From: the human T2T-CHM13v2.0 reference genome, Homo sapiens
Length of the DNA: 64,000 bases
Assembly (NCBI RefSeq): GCF_009914755.1
Contig: NC_060927.1
Direction: 5' to 3' (one strand)
The notes beneath the pieces were generated by a model. The model was not told the DNA's origin, made no database searches, and saw nothing but the letters and a program-made list of their open reading frames with translations. Position 1 is the stretch's first letter, and every line of letters starts with the position of its first letter. Below, piece after piece: positions 29,392 to 53,105 of the stretch. A program made the translations under genes and the position numbers.

Positions 29392-31960
29392 TCGTGGCCA
29401 TTGTTAAGCCTCCAGAACCTATACCTTTAAAATGGTTGACAGATAAGCCAATTTGGATAGAATAATGGCCACTAAATAAAGAGAAACTGGAGGCTTTAGA
29501 GGACTTAGTTACTGAATAATTAGAAAAAGAACACATAGCTCCAACATTTTCCCCTTGGAATTCTTCAGTCTTTATTATTAAGAAAAAATCAGGTAAATGG
29601 AGAATATTAACTGACTTAAGAGCCGTTAATTCCGTTATACAACCTACAGGGGCATTACAGCCAGGATTGTCTTTTCCTGCTATGATTCTGAAAAATCAGC
29701 CTTTAATAGCCATAGATTTAAAAGACTGTTTCTTTACTATCCCCTTAGCTGAGCAAGACTGTGAACAGTTTGCATTTACAATTCCTGCAGTAAACAACCT
29801 GCAGCCTGCTAAGCATTTGCATTGGAAAGTGTTGCCAGAAGGCATGTTAAATAGTCCAACAATTTGCCAGACTTATGTAGGGCAAGCAATTGAACCTACT
29901 TGTAAAAATTTTCACAGTGTTACATTATTCATTATGTGGACGATATACTTTGTGCTGCCGCCCCTCGAGAAATATTACTCCAATGTTATGATCACTTGCA
30001 AAACTCGATTTCTCGTGCCAGTTTAATTATAGCTACTTAAAAAATTCAGACTACTACTCCTTACTCCTACTTGGGGAACTTAGTAAATGACACTACCATT
30101 GTGCCACAGAAAGTAACCATATAGTAACCATATACGTCGGGATCAATTGAAAACATTAAATGACTTTAAAAAATTACTAGGGGACATTAATTGCATATGA
30201 CCTGCTCTAGGCATTCCTACCTATGCCATGAGTAATCTATTTTCTATCCTTAGAGGAGATCCTAGTCTCACTAGCCCTTGGCAATTAACAAATGAGGCTG
30301 AGGCAGAGTTACAGCTGATTGAAAAGCAAGTCTGTAAAGCTCAAATGAATAGAATAGATCAAGAGAAGACTCTAGATTTGCTAATTTTTTCAACTCAGTA
30401 TTCACCTACTGTGTTATTGTCCAAGAGCAGGACTTAGTAGAATGGCTTTTTCTTCCACATGCTAATTCACAGACTTTGACCCCTTATTTGGATCGAATTG
30501 CTACTATGATAGGAAATGGGAGAACTCGGATTGTTAAATTACATGGATATGATCCTGGAAAAATTATTGTTCCTCTTACAAAGGCACAAATACAGCAACT
30601 TTTATAAATAGTCTTACTTGGCAAACCCACGTAGCTGACTTTGTGGGTATTTTCAATAACCATTTTCCTAAAACAAAATTATTTCAATTTTTGAAATTAA
30701 CTAATTGGATTCTCCCTAAAATAACTAAATTTAAACCAATTGAAAGTGCTGAAAATGTCTTCACAGATGGGTCTAGTAATGGTAAAGCTTCTTATTCTGG
30801 ATCGAAAGGTAAAGTTTTCCAGACGCCCTATACTTCGGCTCAAAAAGCAGAGCTTGTAGCTATAATTGAGGTATTGACTGCTTTTGATATACCTATTAAT
30901 GTGATTTCTGATTCTTCATATGTGGTTCATTCCACACAATTAATTGAAAATGCTCAGTTACGATTTCATACAGATGAACAACTGATGACTTTATTTACCC
31001 AACTGCAAACAGCAATTAGGAGTAGAATGCACCCTTTCTACATTACTCATATTCGGGCTCATACACCTCTTCCAGGACCTTTGACTCCAGGGAATCAAAT
31101 GGCTGATCGCCTAGTTGCTACTGCAATATCTAATGCCAGACACTTTCACAATTTAACCCATGTTAATGCCTCTGGTCTCAAACGCAGATACAGCATTACC
31201 TGGACAGAAGCTAAAGCTATTATCCAGTGATGCCCAACTTGTCAAATGGTGCATTCCTCGTCTTTTACAGGGGGAGTTAATCCTCGAGGATTGGAACGTA
31301 ATTCTCTTTGGCAAATGGATGTCACCCACGTTCCCTCGTTTGGGAGACTAGCTTATGTACATGTATGTGTGGACACCTTTTCTCACTTTGTCTGGGCTAC
31401 ATGCCAATCAGGAGAGTCTTCTGCCTGAGTTAAACATCACCTTTTGCAGTGTTTTGTGGTGATGGGCATTCCAGCTTCTATTAAAACAGATAACGTCCCA
31501 GGCTATACTAGCCAAGCTCTAGCTACATTTTTCTCTATATGGAATACTAAACACATTACTGGCATTCCGTATAATTCTCAAGGACAAGCCATAGTGGAAA
31601 GAATGAATCCCTCCCTGAAACAGCAGTTGCAAAAGCAAAAAGGGGGAAACAGGGACTATGGGATACCCCATATGCAATTGAATCTAGTATTATTGACTTT
31701 AAATTTTTTGAGACTGCCTAAAGGCCAGATGCTATCAGCAGCTGAATAGCATCTACAGAAACCAGCTGCAAAGACAGAAGCAGAACAACTGGTTTGGTGG
31801 AGAGAGCCAATGATAAAAAGTTGGGAAATGGGTAGAATAATAACTTGGGGTAGAGGTTATCCTTGTGTTTCTCCAGGACCAAATCAACTGCCAATTTGGA
31901 TATCATCGAGGCACCTGAAACCTTATCATGAGCCTGATGCTGAGGAATAGATTCTGGGAG
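29390..31960 (+). pseudogene. pol: HML-3 pol (RT, RNase H, integrase), disrupted
   Basis: [17 protein letters not shown] and YVDD (~29934); FTDGSS and AELVA; HxxxH..CPTC, WQMDVTH, DN and IVER. Many stops and frameshifts. Confidence 0.93.
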
Positions 31961-33040
31961 GATCCCGAGGATCCCCTGGTTGCAGCCATGTTGAGACTGA
32001 CGCTGAGGGGGACCCCAACTGTCACGAGCAACACCCATCGAACGCAGCCACCTACCTGGGGACAGATCAAGAAGCTGTCACAGATGGCAGAAGAAAACCT
32101 AAGGAAAGTGGGACAACCAGTCACAATGAGTAATTTAATGATAGCTATGATAGTGGTGATCACCATTGCCATGAGTATTCCTTCAACAAGGGCTGGCACA
32201 GAGGACAATTATACTTATTGGGCGTATTTATCAATCTTGGCTGGCAATAATGCCTGGATGTAATCACTCTATGACACAGTTACACATGCTTTCTGGTCTC
32301 CGTATTTACCATAATAAATCTGCTCCTGTAATTGAGGTATACTGCCCTCAAAAACCTATTTGTAAACAGAATTGGACCTGGCTAGAAATAATGAATGTAT
32401 TTGTTTGGGAAGATTGCATTGCAAAACAGGCAGAGGTGCTGTGCAACAATTCCCGTGGAATCATTATTGATTGGTCCCCTAAGGGGATGTTTAGCTTGAA
32501 TTGCACCTGTCAGTCTGTGTGCCACAGCCACACTATGTTCAGCTGGTCTGAACAAAATGGTCAAATGGTAGAAATGGTAAGAAGTATGGCAAGAGTTCCT
32601 ATTATTTGAAAACATGGTGGTATAGTGGCACCTCAACCTCAAATGATATGGCCCGCTCTAGGAGCTTAACATAAGGATTTGTGGAAACTATTAATGGCTC
32701 TTAATAAGATCAAAATTTGGGAGAGAGTAAAAAAGCATCTAGAAGGACACTCTACAAACTTGTCTTTGGATATTGCAAAATTAAAAGAACAAATATTTAA
32801 AGCATCCCAGGCACACCTGACCTTAATGCCAGAAATAGGAGTGCTTGAAGGAGTGTAGACAGATTAGCAGGTAGTAACCCATTAAAATAGATAAAAACAC
32901 TTGGAAGCTCTGTGATTTCAATGATGATGGTGCTTTTAATCTGTGTTGTTTGTCTTTGTATAGTCTGCAGCTCCCGACTCCTGCAAGAAGTAGCTCACCA
33001 TGATAAAGCCACCTTTGCATTTATCATCTTGCAAAAACAA
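31950..33040 (+). pseudogene. env: HML-3 env, heavily deleted
   Basis: PTWGQIKKL leader, IIDWSPKG SU motif and hydrophobic TM anchor. Only ~1.1 kb remains. Confidence 0.85.
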
Positions 33041-33052
33041 AAAGGGGGAACA

Positions 33053-33490
33053 TGTTGGGAACAGGCCCCCAAATCTGGCCATAAACTGGCCCCAAAACTG
33101 ACCATAAACAAAATCTCTGCAGCACTGTGACATGTTCGTGATGGCTATGACACCCACCCTGAAGGTTGTGGGTTTACTGTAATGAGGGCAAGGAACACCT
33201 GGCCCACCCAGGGCAGAAAACTGCTTAAGGCGTTCCTAAGCCACAGACAATAGCATGAGTGATCTATGCATTAAGGACATGTTCCTGCTGCAGATAACTA
33301 GCCCAACCCATCCTTTTGTTTTGGCCCATCCCTTTGTTTCCTGTAAGGAATGCTTTTAGTTAATCTGTAATCTATAGAAACAATGGTTATCACTGGCTTG
33401 CTGTCAGTAAATATGTGGGTTAAACTCTGTTTGGGGCTCTCAGATCTGAAGGCTGTCAGCCCCCTGGATTTCCCACTCCACACTCTATAG

Positions 33491-33530
<40 letters not shown>

Positions 33531-33587
33531 CTTTAATTCCTCTAGTGCTGCTGGGTTAGGGTCTCCACGACTGAGCTAGTCTCAGCA
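33053..33587 (+). repeat. 3' LTR (MER9 family)
   Basis: Preceded by PPT AAAAAGGGGGAA. Roughly 90% similar to the 5' LTR by eye, with expanded (TG)n. Confidence 0.92.
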
Positions 33588-34084
33588 GTATAAAAATCAG
33601 AATATTAATTTGGCAACATTTGGTAATATCAATGCAGAATATTTATCAGAAATCAAATGTTATCACCAAAAATCTACTCTACTTTGTTATCCAGGAGATG
33701 CAATACAAAACCCATTAATTAAAACATTAACAGATACTATTAAAATACTTTGGGATAAGGTCAGAAATGCTAAATGTTACTTATTATTTTAGACACATTA
33801 CCTGATGCGAGGCATATAGTGCAGATGATTATGGTTAGAGTTGTGATTTTCTAAACTCAAATACTTCTATATGTGAACATTTTTGGGAGATTTTTGTCAC
33901 AACTGGAGAAAGATTATTTTTAAATTTTAGTAAACTACTTACAAAAACTGAACCAGACAAAAATAATTCAAGAAGCTAGAAATATGACAACATGGTGCAA
34001 TAGGAAATCCTTGAATAAAAAATATATATATGTATATATACACCATAAAATATAGAATGGTATATTCTGTATCATTCTATATTC

Positions 34085-37531
<3,447 letters not shown>

Positions 37532-37867
37532 TTAAAATTTCTAATGATTGTGCTAGTTTTTCTTACTTCAGGGCCTTTGCTTATGCTATTCCCTGTTCCT
37601 GATACTCCTTCCTCTCCAACAGAGTTGGCTTAAATGGTTCAGGTCTCAGCTTGAATGTCATTTCCTCAGGGTGGCCTTCCCTGACCCCACAAAGTCAGCT
37701 GCTCTTATGACATTCTCTCAAAACACTCTGAATTTCCTCTTAGCTCAACATACCCATAACTTCCCCTTACATTTCTGCCTTCCTCTCTGGACTGTAAGCT
37801 CCACCAGTGCAGGGACTTTGTCTCTGTCATTCTGAACCCACTGACCTCCATGTATCTTTAGGAGCTC

Positions 37868-37970
37868 AATAAATATTAATTAAATTAATAAATATTAAAT
37901 TAAATATTAATTAAATCAATAAATATTGATAAATATTAATTAAATATTTATTTAATTAATATTTATTAAG
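37868..37970. repeat. AT-rich quasi-palindromic low-complexity tract
   Basis: Reiterated AAATATTAATT, with an 18-bp perfect inverted repeat at 37929-37966. Confidence 0.85.
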
Positions 37971-38586
37971 ATTTACAAATGAGTGAATGGTGGTCCTAGT
38001 CATATTAAATGAAGTATAATCCTGACTTATATTTGTATAACTCTTTTCTCTTTTTAGTACATTTTTACTTCTGTTTTCCCATTTGACCCTCCAAAAACTC
38101 AGCTCTACCTGGAGAGTCTCTCTCAGTCCTTAAAGTGCATATGAGATCCCCTAGCTGTTAGGTGTGAGCATGGACTGGAGGTGGATGGCCTGCCTTCCCA
38201 TCCTAATTATGCCACTTCAGATCTGTGTCTTGGGCAAATTCCCTCACCTCTTTGTGCCCCAGTGTCTTCGTTTGTGCTTACCTCATAGGTGTACTATGAG
38301 GAGCAAATGAATATATAATGTAAAGATCTTGAACAGTGCCAGATACCTAACAAATGCTAGCTATCATTCCAGGAGCAGCATGAAGATGAAGAGTATAGGG
38401 GCCAGTATTACAGATTAGGCATCCCCAATATTGTGCTGAGTAGAAGAAGCTGGACACAAAACAGCACACACTGTGCATTTCCATTACATGAAGTTCAAGG
38501 ATAGGCAAAACTAGCCTATGATGACAGAGGTAGGCTAGAACAGTAGTGGGCGGGGGCAAGCACACTGACTGGGAAGTACACAGTAG

Positions 38587-39074
<488 letters not shown>

Positions 39075-39139
39075 CTCAGTGAGCCAGTCAGCTCCAGGGG
39101 AACAGAACTCCGACATCCTCCCTGCCGGGGCCTCACGGT

Positions 39140-39655
39140 CAGGATTGCTAGTGATTGGGATCTCAGGCTTATTGATCTAGTTTGTCTTCAAGTGATAGAA
39201 ATCCAAAGCAAATAGGCATATGCAAAATCAGAGCCATTTATTGGGAGAATGCTGGTGTGCTTATGGAACATAGCCTTGGGAAGTGCAGGGAGGGCCTCAG
39301 AGACAAGTGGGCCCTTGGACACTTTCTCCCCTCTCTGCTTTTCCTAGTTTTATCAGATCAGCTTTCTCCCCATAATGGGGGATGTGGCTGCCATTAGTTC
39401 CTGAGCCTCATGCTAGAAAACCTGTATCCTGCGTCAGTCCAGTCCAGCAAATCTGAGGGAAAGGCTCTGATTGGCCCATTTTGAGTACAATGCCCATCCC
39501 TAGACCGATCAACTGTGGCCATGAGCGTATGACCAATAACACCCACTGAAATTACATAGTGATTAGAAAGCAGAAAGGAACAGGTCCCCAAAAGAAGGTG
39601 TTGTTCCCAGAAGAAAAGGGGGTGCTGGGCAGGGAAGACAATATCACAGATGTCA
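39140..39655 (-). mobile_element. MLT1 (MaLR) LTR fragment
   Basis: CAAGTGATAGAAATCCAA and GGCTCTGATTGGCCC..CCAATCA-like motifs. Confidence 0.6.
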
Positions 39656-40058
39656 CAGTGGTGGGACAGAGAGGGATACAACTAAGTCCATGAAGGCTGG
39701 CCTGTGTCTCTTCTAATTAAACATAACTTTCTCAGTCCCTGTTGTCCAGTAATCCAGAGACAAGGTCAGCAGGATCCTACCTTTGAGATCCAACTAACTC
39801 AGCAAGTGGTGGGAGGGGCACCAGAGAAACATCAGGTCCTGTCTCAAGCCAGGACCTTCAGCCCTGTCAACAGGACAGTCCAAGAGAGTGGTGGAAGCTC
39901 ACCAGGCTGGGCCCCCACAAACCAGTCCTGATGCCACAACTAACAGGCTGGGCCTCAGTGTCCTCCTCTGTAAAATGAGAGCTGTTGAGCTACCTGATTA
40001 GAGAGATAACATTGAGTTCCTGAATGCCAAACAGCTTGGATTTAAATCTCAGCTCTAG

Positions 40059-42655
<2,597 letters not shown>

Positions 42656-43183
42656 AAGGAAGAAGTGCAGGATCCTGGGTGGAACATGTCGGGGTATTCA
42701 GGCACCAGGCAGGAGGCCATGACACCCCCCATTCCCCACCAAGGGATTCCTGGTGCCAGTGAGGGCTGAGCCATCAGGGACAGGGACAGGTGCACCCCTT
42801 CAGTGGCCATGTCCCTCCAGGCCGGCCTCCCCAGTGCTGCCCCCATGGGCCCCGCCTCTTCCAAAGCTTGCACCCCAGGAGACAATAGAAGCACCTCATC
42901 CTGGCATTTAGGGACCCTGGGAATCTGGCCCCACCTTATCCTTCCAGCCTGTACCTGCTGCCTCCGCTTATTCAAGACCTAAGTTTCCTGGTGGCCGTGC
43001 CCCCCATGGGGTGGCTGTCATCCAGGCAGGGGTATTCCTGGGGAGCCCTTCCCTTCCCTACCTCCAATGCACCTACAGGGCCCCTACTATTAATAGCAGC
43101 ACCTCTGCCTGGGGCTCCCTGAGAGGCTGGGGTGGGAGAGGGGTGGTCCAGCAGGCAGTAATCAATGTCCCCAAATGGTGGCA

Positions 43184-43260
43184 AGTGTGTGTGAATATGT
43201 GTGCCAGTGTCTGTGTGTGTGTGTGTGTGTGTGTCTGTTTGTGTTTGTGTGTGTGTGTGG
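43184..43260. repeat. (TG)n microsatellite, imperfect
   Basis: Directly visible. Confidence 0.9.
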
Positions 43261-43465
43261 TGGGAGTTTCTGCACTGTGATAGGAGGAAAGCACAAGTGG
43301 TTCTGGGATCCAGGGCAGAAGGGGCTCCTCTGTGTCCAGGGCTCAGGGATGCTCCCCAGAGTACCGGATATCTCAGCTAGGACTGAAGGGACAGGAAGTC
43401 ACTCAGTGCAGGAGAGTAAGGGGGGAACTCTAGGCAGTGGGGACGGTGTGTAGGAAACATGACGG

Positions 43466-43920
43466 TGTGGAAAATAAAAAGTTCCTCTTCAAAGTTTCCC
43501 TTCTTGTTAAAGAATAAATAATAAATGTTAAAAGTAATAGTTTCTTTTAAAGACTAACTTCCTCTTCCTTCCTTATTTGGAAATGTTATTACTTTTCTAA
43601 GACCTTTTGCAAGCAACTTCCTCTTTTCCTTTTGTTCTCCATTGCCTTTACCTATTTAGGAAAGTTTTAAGTTGTTAGCCAATTGAGTTTAGCTTAGATT
43701 GTGAGGTCCGTCTCCAAGCAACGAAGAGAGGACACAGCAGTAAGGACCCAGTGTGTAAGGGATAAATATTCCTGCCTTTCTTTATTCATCGTGCTCTTGT
43801 GGCAAAATTGCTGATGGGCAGCATCCTTTCTGCAGAAAGTAAAATTGCCTTGCTGAGAAAACTTTTTGTCTGAATGCTAATTTTTCCTTGTGGCACCAAG
43901 GAACAAGCATTTTGTTTTCA
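43466..43920 (+). mobile_element. Solo LTR, ERV1 class (family uncertain)
   Basis: TG start AAAAAGTTCCTCTTCAAAG, CCAAT, TATA-like GGATAAATA, AGTAAA poly(A) signal and TTTGTTTTCA end. Confidence 0.7.
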
Positions 43921-44638
43921 AGAATCACGTGACCCACCTGGGCACATGGGGTGGTCTGAAAGGCAGGGCTGTGGGGCTGCCCAGGTGAGCCCTGGTGGAC
44001 AAGGAGAAGGGCTTCCCTCTGAAGCTCTCAGGGCCACCAGCTGGGTGGTGGAGCCCAGAGGTGGCTTTCCCTTGGATCCCTTTGGGAGCCTGAATGGAGG
44101 GGTGTGGGTGGGGGAGACTGGAGGCAGTGAGGCTGGTGTGGTGGTAAAGTTCAGTTGAGCCCACTCCCACGTCAGGAGCAGAGTCAGGGTTTGAAGGCTG
44201 TGGCCCAGCAAGGGGGCTCAGAACTATTCCACAGTGCCCACGGCCCTCAGAATACAGGCTCAGCTTCTGTCCTGGGACTCGAGCTCTCCCAACCTGGCCC
44301 CAGTCCTACCTTCAGACTAGCACATCACTCCAGCAAGACACCCTCGGTCATCCCTGGGCTTTTGCAGAGGCTACCCTCCTGCCCTTGTCCCTACTTACTT
44401 AGGCGACCTCTCCTCACACTGCAGGGCTCAGCACACTGGCCTCCAGAAAGCCTTGCTTCATCCCCCACCCAGCACTGACCTGCAGACCATCAGGGTTGTC
44501 GGTTAAAGGACCAAAGTCCGGACAGGAGGAAGAGGTTTTGACATCTAGCGCACAGCAGGGTGACCAGAGTCAATGAGAGTGTGTTGCATTTTGCAAAACA
44601 ACTGAGAGAGTCCGTATCAAATGTCTCTCTGCATTTAG

Positions 44639-44815
44639 ATTGGAGAGGATGAAGGCCCTGAGGTCCAAGAACATGGAAACCTGACAGTGGACGCCAACAG
44701 CTGTGGAGAGAAGCCGGGCGACAGCTGTGGAGAGAAGCCGGGCGATATGCTCACGCTTCCGTGTGCCCAGCAATCCTGCTTTATCTTTTTAAATAAAGGT
44801 GATTCCTGATAACAC
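44639..44815 (+). ncRNA. TMCC1-DT: Putative terminal exon of the divergent lncRNA
   Basis: Acceptor TCTCTCTGCATTTAG| at 44638 and AATAAA at 44792-44797 followed by T-rich sequence. Link to the promoter is inferred. Confidence 0.45.
44697..44744. repeat. Perfect 24-bp tandem duplication
   Basis: ACAGCTGTGGAGAGAAGCCGGGCG twice. Confidence 0.95.
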
Positions 44816-45576
44816 TACCGTTTCTTGCAAATTTTGTAGTAGCATTGGAAAGGTGGCAGATGAGTCACAGGCAATCTGCTGCTTTGCGCCCTCCCTGCAC
44901 AGAATGGGGGCTGTGCACACCCTAGTTTAGGCAGTATGCAGTCATGTGATCCTCTCAGTTACTCAGAAAAACTGAAAGGAAAAGAGACCTCAGAGAAGTA
45001 TCAGGATGACCCCACCCACAGAAAATCATTACCAGTGGCTCTGAAGGGCTGAGGCTCTGAGCAGGTGCAAGGCAGAGTCCCACACATTGTGCATGGCCTC
45101 CCCACACTCACACTGCCCAGTGAGCATTTTCAGAAGGACCAGCGGCCCCTTCAGGTCTCGTCTGACTGTGTTAATCATGCTGAGAGGTCTCCAGGAGGAT
45201 CCTGAAGTCCTGGGAACCAGACTGTGCTGGGGTTAGAGTGGCATGGGGTCAGAGTGGCTCCCATCAGGGAGCTTCCTCATGTGTTATTAAGAAGTTTGAG
45301 GGAGGTCCAGAAGGCCCTGCCCTTGTGCATGGCCGGTGGCTCAGTGTGCACAGCCTAGAACATGCTGTGACCCTGCCCACTACTGATGGTGGCCAGGGAC
45401 TGTCCTGGAGTTCCACTGGTCAAATACGATTCTCCTTCCCCAATAAAGAGCAGGACCAGGAAGCAAGAAGTGACCTGGGGAGAGGGTGGGAGTGCTGTGG
45501 GGCTCCTTGTCTCCCCAGTGTGCTGTTGTCCATAAAATCCACTTTGGGGTTAAGGGTCCCCCAGGTATGAATACTG

Positions 45577-45858
45577 AAGAAAGAAGAAAGAAAAAAAGAA
45601 AGAAAGAAAGAAAGAGAGAAAGAGAGAGAGGGAGGGAGGGAAAGGAGGGAAGGAGGGAGGGACGGAGGGTGGGAGGGAGGGAGGGAGGGAAAGAAACAGA
45701 GAGAGAGAAAGAAAATAAAAGAAAGGAAAAGGAAAAAGAAGGAAAGGAAGGTAAGGAAAAGGGAAAGGGGGTAAGGAGGAAAGGCAGAAAAGAAGCTGAT
45801 CTTTCTCTTTCCTTCTTTCTTTCCTTTCTTCCTCCCTCCCTCCCTTCTCTCCTTCCTT

Positions 45859-45889
<31 letters not shown>

Positions 45890-45917
45890 CTTCTCTTTCT
45901 CTCTCTCCCTCTCTCTT
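45577..45917. repeat. Polypurine tract followed by polypyrimidine tract
   Basis: GA-rich 45577-45795, then CT-rich 45800-45917. Confidence 0.92.
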
Positions 45918-46464
45918 AGAACAAGAATTCAAGGGGAGCGCCACGAAGAGAGATTTCACAGAGAAAGTGAATTTAGTATTAAACAGGTTATAATTAAGCT
46001 AAGAGGCTACAATTAGGACTCTTAGTAATGAGGGGGAATCCATATGCTTGTTATGTCAAAAATGTAAGTAAGCCAATTACATATTCTAGTACAATAGATC
46101 TGTGCTAGAAAGTCAGACCAAACATGAGACCAATTAAGATGAAGCATGACTTTAAACATATAATGGATGATAAATCTAAAAACCCATTTTCACAGGAAAC
46201 AGTTTGATGCAGGGCTGGAATGGAGTCATTGTGTCCAGTTTTATGTCTTGGATCCATAGGGGGAAAGTTACGTAATCATATTAACCTAAATGCTAGTTAT
46301 TTATTTTACTTTTCTTATTTATTTTACTTTTCTGAATCAGCACACAAAGCATGAAAAGCTTAATTGTATTTACAGAAAATATAAAAATAAAACCATTTAA
46401 ACAAGCTAGAGTTGACAGAATTTGGACAATAGGTGGGAAAAGGCCATGTAAAGTTATCAGCGGG

Positions 46465-46507
46465 GTCTTCGCTCATACCAGCCTGAACGCACCCGATCTT
46501 GTCGGAT
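46465..46507 (+). pseudogene. 5S rRNA 5' fragment retrocopy
   Basis: GTCTTCGCTCATACCAGCCTGAACGCACCCGATCTTGTCGGAT versus 5S GTCTACGGCCATACCACCCTGAACGCGCCCGATCTCGTCTGAT. Confidence 0.88.
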
Positions 46508-46809
46508 ACAGCTGTCAGAGGCTATGGGACTTAGGAGTGGTACGCAGATGTCATTTCCCCGTGATAGCTCCCGAAATAGAGCTGAGAAGACAGGTACAGA
46601 GTTATAAAGGTGACCTCTAAATGAAGTTTGCTACAGGAGATGAGAAACAGTTACAATGAGTGTAGCCAGGGCATGGTACAAGTGAGCTAATTGCTCAACT
46701 TTTATGAAATTACAAATCTAGAAGTAGGGGGCTTACTCATATTTAGAGTTTTGAATAACTGCCAGAAAAATTAAAAACAGAAATGATTGAAAATATTTAG
46801 TGTGTTTCA

Positions 46810-49395
<2,586 letters not shown>

Positions 49396-49699
49396 TGATT
49401 GTGATGATGCATTTATCTCCAATTTCCCCCCCAACCTTATTTGTTACTGTTCTCCCCAGTGCACCCACAATCCATCCATGCAGGTTTATTTACTTCCCCA
49501 AGCTTCCTGTTTTTACTCCTATTTGTACCTATTCTCCAAGACAAAAAAAGAAAAAAGAGAGAAACCTAGGATTTTAAAACTGTTTCAGCCTTCCTTCCTT
49601 CATGAAGATTTCTCCAACAGCAACTCCCATGGCTCTGTGTATACTCAGTACTTTTAAATAGTAGGTCTGTTTTAGCACTTGAGCTAAATTGTTATGTTT

Positions 49700-51805
<2,106 letters not shown>

Positions 51806-52697
51806 TAATTCACTAGGTTTTTTTTTTAAGTTTTATATTCATTTTAGGTTTTTAAATATAGTCTTAGAATGTCCAGTCTGGGAACAGCCAAATTTCCAAC
51901 TTAAAGTTTACTAGAGTACGGGTGGATCTCTTTTTCTCTGTCTCCATCATAAAGTCTCCCCTGCCCTCAATCTTTCTAAGGTAGTTTCTAACCCCTGGCA
52001 TGGGGCGGGGAGGGGGCAAGGGAGGGAGGAGCTCTCAGCGAGCTGGAGATTTTTTACTTGAGTGATATGGGTCCAGGGTGGTTTTGTGCTGACCTATGTG
52101 TCAAGGTGATCCATCTTATAATCTCCCCGGCTGCTTTCATGGATTCTGGAGACATCCCCACTCCCAGCTGAGAGCCTCTCATCCTGCCTTTTGCTGTGGG
52201 GGACACACTCACCTCCCGCTGGTGGCTCTCTTCTCGGCTCCTATTTTTTCCCTTCCCACCGAGTTGGCATGAACATTGCTCCAGATCGTCCCCTGGGGCA
52301 TGATCAGGCCAGCTCCTGCAGGGGCCCACATCTGATCTACAGAAAATCTTCACATGTTCTAGCTCTGATCACCTTGGAGATCATTAGGGGACTGAAGCTG
52401 CCTGCTCAACCGCCTCTCCGAGGCTCCTTTTTCTCCTGTCTTTCAGTTTGCTGAGGTGGGAGTCAGAGACAGGCCCAGCTCCTCCATCCTGCAAGGAGCC
52501 CAGATGCAGCTTTCCAATGGTCCTGCTTCAGTGCCCTCAACTGGCTCAGGTAGAGGCATCCTCAGCTCTGCCCCTCGGTGGGGTAGGGCTGGGGTGGGGA
52601 GATTGAAAGACCCGCTCTCCAAAGTCCTCCTCACTAATTCCTCTGATCTCCAACAACTAGATCATTATATAACCTCAATGCAGGTGAGATGTTTTAG

Positions 52698-53105
<408 letters not shown>

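Noticed and set aside
29390-33040. Possibly intact retroviral pol or env
   Set aside because: Multiple stops and frameshifts (including an 11-bp duplication near 30111) and a large env deletion.
44697-44744. CRISPR-like direct repeat
   Set aside because: Only two adjacent copies, no spacer, primate context, no cas genes.
45420-46016. 176-179 aa Lys/Arg/Glu-rich and Ser/Leu/Phe-rich ORFs
   Set aside because: Products of GA/CT low-complexity sequence.
46465-46507. Functional 5S rRNA gene (and functional U2 at 37493-37526)
   Set aside because: Only 5' fragments with substitutions, lacking promoters and 3' domains.
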